Below, one piece after another: positions 52,857-63,605 of a stretch of 64,000 nt of DNA. Numbering within the stretch: the stretch's first letter is position 1; every line of letters starts with the position of its first letter. Source of the DNA: Verrucomicrobiota bacterium (lineage in GTDB: Bacteria > Verrucomicrobiota > Verrucomicrobiia > Limisphaerales > CANJSG01); the NCBI GenBank assembly GCA_043775315.1, contig JAYVSO010000010.1, forward strand, positions 17,631-81,630, in the 5' to 3' direction. The position numbers were made by a program, and so were the translations under genes. Below the pieces are notes generated by a model, which saw only the letters and a program-made list of their open reading frames with translations, had not been told where the DNA came from and made no database searches.

Positions 52857-53720
52857 ATGCCATCGCCGAAAACAGCGGCCGAGTTGACGGAGACGAGCGT
52901 GGTGGGTCCGGACACCCGCGAGTGGATCGTCCGCGCCCATGACTGCGCGGCCCTCGGACTCCACCACATAGCGCATGTCGGAGTGGCTGATGCCGCGGCC
53001 CCCTACCGGATGGTTCGGACCAATCTCCGTGGGAGCTACCTGCTCACGTGTTTCGGCGGCGAAGGCCGGATCCTCCTCGACGGGCGTTGGCAGGTTTGCC
53101 GCGCGGGCATGGCCTGCCTCGCCCCGACGCACGTCCCGCATGCGTTCCACGCCGTGTCGGGGAAGCGCTGGAATTTCGCGTGGGTCCGCTACGAACAGCC
53201 ACCGGACCAGAAGCCGGTGATCAACTCCGCGTCGCCGGTGATGACGCGGTTTGACGGACAGGCTTTGGCTTCGGCGGTCACCGGGCTCTGGCATGAGGTC
53301 GGAGCGGGAGGCGATCCCGCGGCGTTGCACCATTGGGTCGAACTCGTGCACGGCTACGTCCAACGTTTCGCCCAGCCGTGGACGGTCGAGGACAGGTTGT
53401 GGAACCTGTGGGACAAGGTCGCCGCAAAGTTGGAGGACGGTTGGACGTTGGACCGCCTGGCGAAGGAAGCGCATTGCTCCTCCGAACACCTCCGCCGCCT
53501 TTGCCGCCGTTCGATGGGCCGGAGTCCCATGCAGCAGATCACCTATCTGCGGATGCAACGCGCGGCCGGGCTTCTCACGAGCACGAGCGACAAGATCGAG
53601 TCCATCGCCCACGCCGTCGGCTACCAGAACCCCTTCGTCTTCTCGACGACCTTCAAGAAATGGATCGGCTGGCGCCCCAGCGAATACCGGATCCACTCCG
53701 TTGGACGCCACAAAGGTTGA
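52857..53720 (+). CDS. AraC family transcriptional regulator
   Basis: C-terminal HTH pair (..SSEHLRRLCRRSMGRSPMQ.. and ..IAHAVGYQNPFVFSTTFKKWIGWRPSEYR). Confidence 0.85.
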   Translation: MPSPKTAAELTETSVVGPDTREWIVRAHDCAALGLHHIAHVGVADAAAPYRMVRTNLRGSYLLTCFGGEGRILLDGRWQVCRAGMACLAPTHVPHAFHAVSGKRWNFAWVRYEQPPDQKPVINSASPVMTRFDGQALASAVTGLWHEVGAGGDPAALHHWVELVHGYVQRFAQPWTVEDRLWNLWDKVAAKLEDGWTLDRLAKEAHCSSEHLRRLCRRSMGRSPMQQITYLRMQRAAGLLTSTSDKIESIAHAVGYQNPFVFSTTFKKWIGWRPSEYRIHSVGRHKG

Positions 53721-53808
53721 ACGGGGGCATCCCGGGGAATTCGGCTAATCCTTTCCGGGTTTCCTGCCGATACCCCAATGCCTGGCAATGGATTGCCGGG
53801 AACCAAAT

Positions 53809-54864
53809 ATGAAAGGATTCACGTCACTTCTGGCGGGCCTCGTCCTGTCCGGCGCCCTCTGCGCCGACGCAGCGGATTCCAAGGACGACTCGACGAAACT
53901 CATCAAGCTCCTGCAGACGAGCACCGTCTCGCTGCTCAAGGAGGGAAACTCCCGCTTCGCCGCCGGCAAACCCCAGGCTCCCAACGCCGAACCGGCGCGC
54001 CGCATGGAACTCGCGGCCAACGGCCAGGAACCGTTGGCGACGATCCTGGCCTGCTCCGATTCGCGCGATCCGGTGGAACTCATGTTCGACCGCGGTGTCG
54101 GCGATCTCTTCGTGGTTCGGGTTGCCGGAAACGTCGCCGGAGTCAGCGAAACGGCGACGATCGAATACGGCGTCACCCATCTGGGCACGCCGGTCCTCGT
54201 CGTCATGGGCCACACCAAGTGCGGCGCCGTCACCGCCGTGGTGAAAGGCGCGGAACTCCACGGCCATCTCGTCGCGCTGGCCAAGCTCATCGAACCCGCC
54301 GCGAAGAGGGCGAAAGCCGCCGGCGTTTCCGGCGAGGACGCGGTGCCCGTTGCCATCCAGTTGAACGTCTGGTTGCAGATCGAATCCCTGCTGACGCGCA
54401 GTTCCCTGATCCGGAATCACGCCGCCGCCGGCAAGGTGGAGGTCATGGGAGCCGTCTACGACATCGCCTCCGGCAAGGTCGTCTGGCTTGGGAAACATCC
54501 GGACATGGATCGCCTCCTAGCTCTCCCCGTCAGCCCGGACGAGGAGGTCCACACCCCCGGTATCAGCGACGCCAATTCCCCTGACGGCGGCCACGAACCC
54601 GCCGGCGCAAAACCTGCCGGCGCAGGCGTGGCCCAGGCGGGCCACGGTCCCTCGCTCGGAGCCGCTCCGGCAAAGCACACCGATCCCGCGCCCACCAAAA
54701 CGGCCGGTCCGTTGGCGTCCGCCAAGTCGGCCCAGTCCGGCCATGGAACCACCGCCCAGGCTCCGACGACAACGAAAGCCCCGGGGAAAAATCCCTTCGG
54801 GCCGCCGCCCCCCACCGAGCTGCACGACGCCCATGCCGCCGTTGAACCCGCCAAGGCCCACTGA
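53809..54864 (+). CDS. Beta-class carbonic anhydrase with signal peptide and ~130-aa Pro/Ala/Gly-rich C-terminal tail
   Basis: CSDSR and HTKCGAV zinc-ligand motifs. N-terminal MKGFTSLLAGLVLSGALCADA. Low-complexity tail from about residue 225. Confidence 0.8.
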   Translation: MKGFTSLLAGLVLSGALCADAADSKDDSTKLIKLLQTSTVSLLKEGNSRFAAGKPQAPNAEPARRMELAANGQEPLATILACSDSRDPVELMFDRGVGDLFVVRVAGNVAGVSETATIEYGVTHLGTPVLVVMGHTKCGAVTAVVKGAELHGHLVALAKLIEPAAKRAKAAGVSGEDAVPVAIQLNVWLQIESLLTRSSLIRNHAAAGKVEVMGAVYDIASGKVVWLGKHPDMDRLLALPVSPDEEVHTPGISDANSPDGGHEPAGAKPAGAGVAQAGHGPSLGAAPAKHTDPAPTKTAGPLASAKSAQSGHGTTAQAPTTTKAPGKNPFGPPPPTELHDAHAAVEPAKAH

Positions 54865-54928
54865 TCACGCGAGCAGAAACGACGGACGCCGGATTGCCAC
54901 GGGCAAGGGCGTAGCCTAGGACTGCGGG

Positions 54929-55900
54929 ATGCGTCGTTTGTTCCCGCGGATTCTATGGCTCGGTCTCATCGCTCTTCTTGCCGGGGCTTCGGTCCACGGA
55001 GCGGATCTGACGGAGGCCCTGCGGCTCTATTCCACGCGACAGCTGGCCGAGAGCCGGAAGGTGATTGAGGGTTTGACCAATACGGCCGGCGTATCCGCCG
55101 AAGCCCACTACTGGCTTGGACGCATCGCGCTGGAGCAACAGCGCGCGCCCGAAGGCGTGACCGCGCTCGAACAGGCCGTGGCGTTGGCCCCGACGAACAG
55201 CCTGTTCCGCGAGTGGCTCGGCCGCGGATACGGAACGCTTGCGGTCGAGGCGAACCTCTTCAAACGACCCGGCTACGCGAAGAAGACCCTCGCTTCATTC
55301 CTCAAGGCCGTGGAGCTCGACGGTTCCAACGTGCCCGCGCGGGAAATGCTCATCGCCTACTACAGCGGCGCCCCGGGATTCATGGGGGGCAGCGCCACGA
55401 AGGCCATGGAACAGATCGAGGCCATCAAGAAGCTGGATCCTGTCGCAGGTGCCGCCGTCCACGCCCGCCAATACGCCCAGGACGGCGACCGGATCCAGGC
55501 GGAGAAGATTCTTCGAAAGGCGGTCGAGACCCATTCCACGAATCCCGTCGCCCGGGTGCATTTGGGAACCTGGTTGTTGAACGAGGGAAAGCTTCCCGAA
55601 GCCTGGAAAGAGCTCCGCGAAGCGCGGGTCCTCAGTCCGACGAACGGGCCGGCGCAGTTCTACCTGGCCCGGACGGCGCTGCGGATGGGAGAGCACTTCC
55701 GCGAGGGAGAAGAGGCCCTTCGTGAATACCTGAAGGTCCAGCCCTCCTACGGCAACCCGACGCCGGCCACCGCGCACTACCTCCGCGGACTGCTGCTGGA
55801 GAAGCTCAAGCGGCCGGAGGACGCCCAGGCGGAGTTCGTCCGCGCTTCATCCCTGGAACCAGGCAACCGGCTCTACACGTCGCGCATGAAGGGAAAGTGA
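54929..55900 (+). CDS. Tetratricopeptide repeat protein (secreted)
   Basis: Signal peptide plus repeated TPR-like A/L/Y/G/P helices. Confidence 0.75.
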   Translation: MRRLFPRILWLGLIALLAGASVHGADLTEALRLYSTRQLAESRKVIEGLTNTAGVSAEAHYWLGRIALEQQRAPEGVTALEQAVALAPTNSLFREWLGRGYGTLAVEANLFKRPGYAKKTLASFLKAVELDGSNVPAREMLIAYYSGAPGFMGGSATKAMEQIEAIKKLDPVAGAAVHARQYAQDGDRIQAEKILRKAVETHSTNPVARVHLGTWLLNEGKLPEAWKELREARVLSPTNGPAQFYLARTALRMGEHFREGEEALREYLKVQPSYGNPTPATAHYLRGLLLEKLKRPEDAQAEFVRASSLEPGNRLYTSRMKGK

Positions 55901-55922
55901 GGACGGACGTTCCCGGAAAAGG

Positions 55923-55953
55923 AAAACCCCGCCGGGATGACCGGCGGGGTTTT
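55923..55953. terminator. Bidirectional rho-independent terminator
   Basis: AAAA-CCCCGCCGG-gatga-CCGGCGGGG-TTTT lies between the TPR gene (+) and the small basic ORF (-). Confidence 0.8.
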
Positions 55954-55969
55954 CGAAAATCGGCGAGCC

Positions 55970-56062
55970 TTACTTCTTCTTGGCAGCCTTGGAGTCGGCT
56001 TTCTTGCGTTTCACGTAGGCTTCACGGCGGCGGCGCTTCTGGACCTTGTTCGATTGCTTCAT
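55970..56062 (-). CDS. Candidate 30-aa highly basic small protein (below the ORF-track cutoff)
   Basis: Hand translation: MKQSNKVQKRRRREAYVKRKKADSKAAKKK, from ATG to TAA. It is followed on its own strand by the strong terminator at 55923-55953. Confidence 0.4.
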   Translation of the reverse strand: MKQSNKVQKRRRREAYVKRKKADSKAAKKK

Positions 56063-56105
56063 AGATGACTTTACAAACGGAAATGAATTCGTTGTGTTCG
56101 CGACT

Positions 56106-56627
56106 ATGCTAATGCGTGCAGGGCGGTTCAACCTCTATTTCCTTCTGGCCTGCTTCGTTGCCGCGGTCTCCGGGTGCAAGACCACGGAGGAGAAACGCGA
56201 GGCCAACGAGGTGACCCTGATCCGCTTCCACCGCGAGGCGCGGGCCGACGGTTCGCCATCCACGGTCAAGGTCCCGTTCCGGACGGGCTTCGTCGCCACC
56301 GCCGATGCGTCGCCCATCCTCGACGAGCGCAACATCGAGGGCGCGGAGATCGTCGACACCAACGGGGAGTTCACCATCCAGATCCATTTCGGCCGCCACG
56401 GCCAGATGCTCCTCGACCAGATCAGCACCGAATCACGGACCCGCCGGCTCCTGATCTTCTGCCAGTGGGAGGAAGGGCGGTGGATCGCCGCGCCCGTCCT
56501 CAATACCCGCATCCAGTCCGGCTATCTGACCTTCACCCCCGACGCCACGCGTGAGGAGACGATCCGGATTGTCCGCGGGTTGAACAATCTGGTGAAAAAG
56601 TTGAAGGCGAAGGACGGCACATGGTGA
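56106..56627 (+). CDS. Lipoprotein, unknown function
   Basis: Lipobox FVAAVSGC after a short signal sequence. The ATG at 56106 is preferred over the track start at 56046. Confidence 0.65.
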   Translation: MLMRAGRFNLYFLLACFVAAVSGCKTTEEKREANEVTLIRFHREARADGSPSTVKVPFRTGFVATADASPILDERNIEGAEIVDTNGEFTIQIHFGRHGQMLLDQISTESRTRRLLIFCQWEEGRWIAAPVLNTRIQSGYLTFTPDATREETIRIVRGLNNLVKKLKAKDGTW

Positions 56628-57643
56628 GAGGTGCGGCGAGGCGGATTCTCTTCAACTTCCTCATCGGCTTCGTCGGCGTCCTCGCCTCCCACGCGCAGCC
56701 GTTTTCGCTGCCCACGGCGAACCGCGCGGTGCTGGATCCGGTTGACGGCACGAAGGCCTTCGCACCCACGCCCGGCCGCGATTGGCACAGCGGCACATTT
56801 GGCTGCGTGCGCAGCGAGGGACATCAGTTCCACGAAGGCATCGACATCCTCTCCGTCGCACGCGACCGCAAGGGCGAGCCGACCGATCCCGTCATGGCCG
56901 CAGCCGATGGCACGGTGGTCTACGTCAACCGCAAGTCCGCCCTGTCGAACTACGGCAACTATCTGGTCATCGAGCATATGATCGAAGGGCTGCCGGTCTA
57001 CACGCTATACGCTCACTTGAAAGAGGTAGGGGCCGGCCTTGCGCCAGGGTCCAAGGTGAAGTCGGGCGAACAGGTCGCTGTCCTTGGACGCACCAGCAAC
57101 ACCCGGCAGGCCATCACCAAGGATCGGGCCCACGTCCACTTCGAGCTGAACCTATTCCTCTCGGATCGGTTCGACGCCTGGCACACGAAGTTCATGGCCG
57201 GCACCCGCAACGATCATGGGATGTGGAACGGCCAGAACATGTCCGGTGTCGATCCGTGGCAGCTCTTTCTCGCCCAGGGCAAGGAAGGCGCCAAGTTCAG
57301 CCTGCGCCACTTCATCCAGTCGCAGCCCGAGCTCTGCCGCGTCGTGGTGCGCGAGAAGGACTTCTCCTTTGCCCGGCGTTATGCCGCCTTGATCGACCGC
57401 AACGCCAAGGCCGAGAAGGAGGGCGTCGTCGGATACGAGATCGCGCTGACGTGTCACGGTGCGCCGATCCGCCTGATTCCGCGTGCGGAATCGGAACTGA
57501 AATCCAAATCCCGCGTCAGCGTTCTAGGAGTGAACCCGCCGGTCTTCGGATCGTGCCCGTGCAGCAAGCTCGTCACCAAGAGCGGCAATTCCTGGTCTCT
57601 CACTTCGAAAGGCGAGCGGCTCGTCGGCCTGTTGACCTACTGA
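56621..57643 (+). CDS. M23 family metallopeptidase
   Basis: HEGIDI, NYGNYLVIEH, YAHL and HVHFEL motifs. Confidence 0.85.
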   Translation: MVRGAARRILFNFLIGFVGVLASHAQPFSLPTANRAVLDPVDGTKAFAPTPGRDWHSGTFGCVRSEGHQFHEGIDILSVARDRKGEPTDPVMAAADGTVVYVNRKSALSNYGNYLVIEHMIEGLPVYTLYAHLKEVGAGLAPGSKVKSGEQVAVLGRTSNTRQAITKDRAHVHFELNLFLSDRFDAWHTKFMAGTRNDHGMWNGQNMSGVDPWQLFLAQGKEGAKFSLRHFIQSQPELCRVVVREKDFSFARRYAALIDRNAKAEKEGVVGYEIALTCHGAPIRLIPRAESELKSKSRVSVLGVNPPVFGSCPCSKLVTKSGNSWSLTSKGERLVGLLTY

Positions 57644-57695
57644 GCCGCCTGCCTTTGCCGTTGCCCGGAGCGATGGCGCGCCTAGGCTTTCGCGC

Positions 57696-58115
57696 ATGAA
57701 CTGTCCTGCCTGTGGGAACGTCCTGGGAAATCTGGTTGCCGGCAACGTCGCCCTCGACGTGTGCCGCTCCGGCTGCGGCGGCGTCTGGTTCGACAACTTC
57801 GAACTCCGGAGCCTCGACGACACGGCTGCCGCAGCGTTGACCAGCCTTTGGCGCGACCCCGAGATGCACGTGGACCCGAAGAAGAAACGCACCTGCCCGA
57901 AGTGCGAAAGCCAGGCCATGTTCCGCCGCTTCTTCAGCCGGCAAAAGACCGTGGAGATCGACGAATGTCCGAACTGCGCGGGTGTGTGGCTCGATGGCGG
58001 GGAATTCGACAGCATCCAGGCCGAGCTGCATCCGGAAGTCTCCCAGCAGAAGACCGAACTCAACGCAGCCTTGGCGGTGGCGATCTCCTTCGTGCGGATT
58101 CAGAAGGGGGAGTAA
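57696..58115 (+). CDS. Zinc-ribbon (TFIIB-type, zf-TFIIB) domain protein, two ribbons
   Basis: CPACG..CRSGCGGVWFD and CPKCE..CPNCAGVWLDGGEF repeats. Confidence 0.7.
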   Translation: MNCPACGNVLGNLVAGNVALDVCRSGCGGVWFDNFELRSLDDTAAAALTSLWRDPEMHVDPKKKRTCPKCESQAMFRRFFSRQKTVEIDECPNCAGVWLDGGEFDSIQAELHPEVSQQKTELNAALAVAISFVRIQKGE

Positions 58116-58127
58116 ACAGATCGCGCC

Positions 58128-58562
58128 ATGCGTTCGCTATGGGTCTTTCTTCCGCAGGTGTTCGTAGGGGCATTGCCGTCGTGGTATTACGGCTTTCGAA
58201 TCCGCATGGGCTATTTTGAGCTGATGAGCATGCAGTTAATTGACATCCTCACCTTCGCCATTCTTTCAGGTTGTGCTTGGATGGCGTGGCGAGAGTCACA
58301 CTCGGTAGCCGCAACGCGCGTTTTCCGAGTGGGATTGCTGCTCCTGATTGCTTTAGTATTTTGCCTTGGTGTGGTTGTTGCCTGGGGCTTCATTTTTGTT
58401 CCTGAAGTTCCCGCCCACTTTCCGCCTTGGACGACCGGCACTACGCTGGCCACAACTCTTGCAATCATTGCTCCGCTAGCCGTGTTGGTCGCCGGGATTT
58501 CGTTCGCTTCGACGCTGCTTCAAGTCTTGGTGACGAAGAGGCGTAAGGTTCTAGGGCACTGA
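58128..58562 (+). CDS. Small membrane protein in a low-GC islet
   Basis: Three to four hydrophobic helices. Local GC is clearly lower than in the flanks. The start is uncertain (an internal ATG at MSMQLIDIL.. is possible). Confidence 0.45.
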   Translation: MRSLWVFLPQVFVGALPSWYYGFRIRMGYFELMSMQLIDILTFAILSGCAWMAWRESHSVAATRVFRVGLLLLIALVFCLGVVVAWGFIFVPEVPAHFPPWTTGTTLATTLAIIAPLAVLVAGISFASTLLQVLVTKRRKVLGH

Positions 58563-58597
58563 AATGAAAAGTGCCTCATTTAGGTTGCGTCACGACC

Positions 58598-59248
58598 TCA
58601 ATCCTTCGGCTCCGACTCCCACTCGGGATAGACTTCAGGCTTCAACTGCCCCCGGCGGATCAGTTCCTGGAGATCGCGGATGATCGTCCGGCGCGCCACG
58701 CCGAATTGGCGGGCGAGCGACGAGATGTTAGGCCGGTCCTTGCTCTCCGAAAGCTGCTGGCGGATGTGGTTCTGCCGCCCCAACCGGTCGGTTGAACGGC
58801 TGAACAGCTCCAGCGCATCGACCCGTTTCGAACGCTCCAACGCTTCAAAGCTTCGGACCACTTCCGTCTCACCGCATTCCGCGAGTGTGGTCTTCACCAC
58901 CTGCTGGAGCGCGTCCACGTCGACGGGCTTTGTCAGGCAGTAGTGCGCCCGACGCGGCCCCTGGAGGGCGCCGATCTGCTGCTGCACTTCCAGCGCGCCG
59001 GAGACGATGATGATAGGGACGAACGGCAGCAGTTCCTTGAATTCCGGCAGGTAGTCCAGGCCGAGATCGCCCCGGTCGAGGATGTGGTCGAGGACGATGA
59101 GGTCCGGCTGGGTCTTCGGGATGCTGTCGAGCGCCTGGCTGCCGCTGGTGACGCGGACGAGCTCGTAGTCCTTGGAAAGGGCTTCCTCGTAGATCTCGTA
59201 TTGGAGGTCGTCGTCCTCGACGACGAGGATGCGGGGAGGTGTGTGCAT
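58598..59248 (-). CDS. Response regulator (receiver + C-terminal HTH)
   Basis: ILVVEDDD..LIVLDHIL.. receiver domain. C-terminal ISSLARQFGVARRTIIRDLQELIRRG HTH. Confidence 0.8.
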   Translation of the reverse strand: MHTPPRILVVEDDDLQYEIYEEALSKDYELVRVTSGSQALDSIPKTQPDLIVLDHILDRGDLGLDYLPEFKELLPFVPIIIVSGALEVQQQIGALQGPRRAHYCLTKPVDVDALQQVVKTTLAECGETEVVRSFEALERSKRVDALELFSRSTDRLGRQNHIRQQLSESKDRPNISSLARQFGVARRTIIRDLQELIRRGQLKPEVYPEWESEPKD

Positions 59249-59259
59249 GGCGAACGCCT

Positions 59260-62200
59260 TCAGCTTTGCCTGCTTGGTCCCTGATTCAAGACCGCGCTTG
59301 CTTGGGCGGTGAAAAGCACAGGGAGGTAGAGGATGAAGGTCGTCCCGACGTTCAGCTGGCTTTCGACGTGCAGGCCGATGCCGTTTTCCGCCGCGATCTG
59401 GTAGACCATTGAAAGCCCCAGCCCCGTGCCGCGGCGCTGGGAAAGGTTCTTCGTGGTGAAGAACGGCTCAAAGATCCGGGGCAGCACGTCGGGCGCGATG
59501 CCGCTGCCGTGGTCGCGGATCGAGATGAAGACGAATTCGTGGGCGGCTCCCGGCTTGAGGACGAGCTCCTCGGGGAGCTGGACGACTTCGCCGGTGCGGA
59601 CGGCGATGCGCCCGCCGCCGTTCATGGCGTCGGCGGCGTTGAGGATGATGTTGAGCAGGACCTGCTGGACGAGCGCCTTGGCGCAGAAGGTTTCCGGCAG
59701 GCCCGGCGCCCAGTCGAAATCGATCTCGATCTCGTTCAGGAAACGGTCTCCCAGGAGGCGGATGGTTTCCTCGACAATTTCGTTCGGGTTGCACCGGGCG
59801 AGTGTCTTCTCCGGTGCGCGGCTGAATCCCAGGAGCGACTGCACGACGGCCGCGCCCTGGTCCACGACGGTGCGGATGCGCTCGATGCGGGTGCGGATCT
59901 TCTCGGGGTCGCCGAGGTTGCGTTCGATGATCTGGGCCGAGCCCTTCACGATGGAGAGGATGTTGTTGAAGTCATGCGCCACGCCGGCCGCGAGCGTGCC
60001 GAGGGCGTTCATCTTCTGGCTGTGGAGCAGCTGCGTGTTCGCCTGCGCAAGCTGCTCGGTGCGGAGGTTCACCAGTCGTTCGACCTCGGCGTGGGAACGG
60101 AGCAGTTGCCGGTGGCGGTTCCAGGCCAGCCACGCGAGGAATGCCGCCGCCAGCGACGCGACGCCGCCGATCGTCACGACGCGCGGTTCGCGATACCACG
60201 GAAGAAACAGGTCGAACTCCATCGTGGCCGGCTTCGCGTCGAAATTGCCGTTGCGGTCGATCGCCCGGACTTCGAAGCGGTGCGTGCCGGCCGCCAGATC
60301 GCCGAACGGCGCGGGCCCGGGGGACCTCGGCTCGCTCCACTGGCCCGAATCCATCCGATGGACGAAGAGAAGCCTGTCGGGTCGCGTGTAGTTCCACCGG
60401 TCGACGCCGCCGAATTGGATCTCCACCGTCTCGCCCGCGAAGAAGTTCTTCCCACGCGATGCCGGGCTGATGAAGACCGCCGGCGGTTCCTGATCCGCCG
60501 CCGGGTCGTAGGCGGCGATTCCCCGCGACGTGCCGGCCCAGATCCTCCCTTCCGCGTCCTCGACGAGTTCGAGCACCGACGATCCGGGCAAGCCTTCCTC
60601 CACGCCCTGCTGCACCCATTCCGCCGTGGCGAACCGGTGCACGCCGCCGTCGGAGCCGACCCACATGCGGCCGTCTTTGGCGGCGAGGATGCAATGGATC
60701 TGCTCGAAGCCGGAGCGGACCGCCTGCCATTCAAGACCGGAGAATTCCCAGAGATTGTCGCGGCCGCCGCACCAGATCCGTCCTTCCGATGTCTCCGCAA
60801 AACAATAGCCGGCCTCCGGGCGCCTCGTGTTCTGCCTGTCGAAGGGTTCCCATTCACCTTCACGGAAGACGGCCACGCCCTTCGTGCCGCCGAGCCACAG
60901 ATCACCGCGGCGCGACCTCAGGGCGGCCTTGAGCATCGGGCCGACGTTCCCCGGAGGCGACGGTCCGGGGAAGGCGGAGAAACCGGAGCCGTCGAGGAGC
61001 TCGAGCCGCAACGATCCCGAGGCGGAACCCGCCGCATCGACCACTTGGACGAGGGCGTGGGAATCATCGAACCGGCCCAGCAGCCGGCACTGGAGTTCTT
61101 CGGGATGCCGGAGCGGCACGACCTCGCCGGAGGCCGGATTGAACACGGAGATGCCGTCGGATCCGTCGAAGAAAACCCTTCCGTCCGGCGCGAGCCACGC
61201 GGAGTCGGTCGGCTGGAACGAACGCTCGGCCGCGTTCAGCGCCGTGCTTTGCCAACCGCTGCCGCGCCGCTCGCGCAGCGAGGCCCGCTCGACGAAGAGC
61301 AGGTTCCCGTTGGTCATCCTTACCGCCGCATAAGCGGGCGACGGCGTCGCGCCAAGCGCCGCCGGCACCTGCCAAAGCGACGGCGCGTGCCGGAGGACGC
61401 CGTCGTCGGTCGCCAGCCAGAAAACGCCCCGGCCCTGCACGGCGGCATCGAAGATTCCGGACGAGGGCACCTCCATGGGGGTCGCGTTCGTCAGGGCGGA
61501 CAACGGCGCCGTCATCAGGCCGTTGAACGACTGGAAAACCACCTGGTCATCCGCCTCGATCCATGCGCCGCGGATCTGCTTGGCCAAGGTGCGGCCGGGA
61601 ACCGGCACCAGTTTCCACGCATCTCCGGCCAACAGCACGGCCGTGACGGACTCGTCGGATGTGGCCGGATCGACTCGGTCGGCGAGCATCATAAGCCGCC
61701 CGGTCGCGTCCTCGATCGGACGGTAGAAGTTGGATAGCCCGAGCGCGCGATCGGGCAACGCCTCTTCCCAAAGGCTTCCCGCCTTGATCGTCCGGAGCGG
61801 CCCCGCGATGCGGGTGATGCCGCGGCGACCCGTCACGACCAGTCCGCCTGAACCGTCGGGAATCATGTCGATGAACGTTTCCAGAGACGTGCTTTCCACG
61901 TCGCGCAGCACGGTCGTCCGGTCGGCCTTCGCGTCGAACTCGATCAACCGGTTCGAAAGCAGGATCAGCACGCGGTCCTGTTCCGCAGGCACCAAGGGGA
62001 TCTGCCGGCCCGAGCGGCGCTGCGGCGCGGCGATCTCGCGGCTGACCCCGGGGATCAGCCGCGATCGCCATTCGTTGTCCACGAACCACTGGATCCCCTC
62101 TTCGTGGATGCTCCAAAGCTGGCCGGACCGGCTTTCGTGGACGCGGAAGTTTCCGGCCGGCGGTTTCAGCGGACGCGTGTTGTAGCCATCCAACAGGCTC

Positions 62201-62394
62201 AGGCCGCCCTCGCGATGGCGCACCAGGAGGTTGCCGCGCTGACCGACGGTGATCGTGGTGCTGAAGGACTCCTTGAGCCCGTCCGCGGCGTGGAATTCCC
62301 GCCAAGGGGAGAAAACGCGCTGCGCCGCCAGCCGCGCCGGAGAAAGCACGGCCGCCAGCAACGCGAGCAGGGCGATGGTTCTCCGGAGTTTCAT
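59260..62394 (-). CDS. Sensor histidine kinase with periplasmic two-component-regulator propeller and Y_Y_Y domains
   Basis: Signal peptide MKLRRTIALLALLAAVLSPARLAA, propeller repeats, and a Y_Y_Y-like Ig domain (..HRFEVRAIDRNGN..). These are followed by a TM helix, HisKA (AGVAHDFNNIL) and HATPase (GTGLGLSMVYQI). The track ORF to 62568 is over-extended. Confidence 0.85.
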   Translation of the reverse strand: MKLRRTIALLALLAAVLSPARLAAQRVFSPWREFHAADGLKESFSTTITVGQRGNLLVRHREGGLSLLDGYNTRPLKPPAGNFRVHESRSGQLWSIHEEGIQWFVDNEWRSRLIPGVSREIAAPQRRSGRQIPLVPAEQDRVLILLSNRLIEFDAKADRTTVLRDVESTSLETFIDMIPDGSGGLVVTGRRGITRIAGPLRTIKAGSLWEEALPDRALGLSNFYRPIEDATGRLMMLADRVDPATSDESVTAVLLAGDAWKLVPVPGRTLAKQIRGAWIEADDQVVFQSFNGLMTAPLSALTNATPMEVPSSGIFDAAVQGRGVFWLATDDGVLRHAPSLWQVPAALGATPSPAYAAVRMTNGNLLFVERASLRERRGSGWQSTALNAAERSFQPTDSAWLAPDGRVFFDGSDGISVFNPASGEVVPLRHPEELQCRLLGRFDDSHALVQVVDAAGSASGSLRLELLDGSGFSAFPGPSPPGNVGPMLKAALRSRRGDLWLGGTKGVAVFREGEWEPFDRQNTRRPEAGYCFAETSEGRIWCGGRDNLWEFSGLEWQAVRSGFEQIHCILAAKDGRMWVGSDGGVHRFATAEWVQQGVEEGLPGSSVLELVEDAEGRIWAGTSRGIAAYDPAADQEPPAVFISPASRGKNFFAGETVEIQFGGVDRWNYTRPDRLLFVHRMDSGQWSEPRSPGPAPFGDLAAGTHRFEVRAIDRNGNFDAKPATMEFDLFLPWYREPRVVTIGGVASLAAAFLAWLAWNRHRQLLRSHAEVERLVNLRTEQLAQANTQLLHSQKMNALGTLAAGVAHDFNNILSIVKGSAQIIERNLGDPEKIRTRIERIRTVVDQGAAVVQSLLGFSRAPEKTLARCNPNEIVEETIRLLGDRFLNEIEIDFDWAPGLPETFCAKALVQQVLLNIILNAADAMNGGGRIAVRTGEVVQLPEELVLKPGAAHEFVFISIRDHGSGIAPDVLPRIFEPFFTTKNLSQRRGTGLGLSMVYQIAAENGIGLHVESQLNVGTTFILYLPVLFTAQASAVLNQGPSRQS

Positions 62395-62616
62395 GGCGAT
62401 GCGACGGCCACAGGCTAAACGCCTCGCGCCTCCGGTCCAAGCCGAACTCTGGAGATCGGCCTGCCGCCAATGTGCCGCCGCGCCTCCCGGCCGGCGGTTC
62501 TGTCCACGGAAAGCGTCCGTCTTGTCCTCCGTTGCGCCGCTCCGCCGCGCGCCGTCCCTACCGGGCAAAACTCGGCTTGCCCGTCGCCGCCGGGCTAACC
62601 AAGGTTCGCGCTACTT

Positions 62617-63603
<987 letters not shown>

Positions 63604-63605
63604 TT

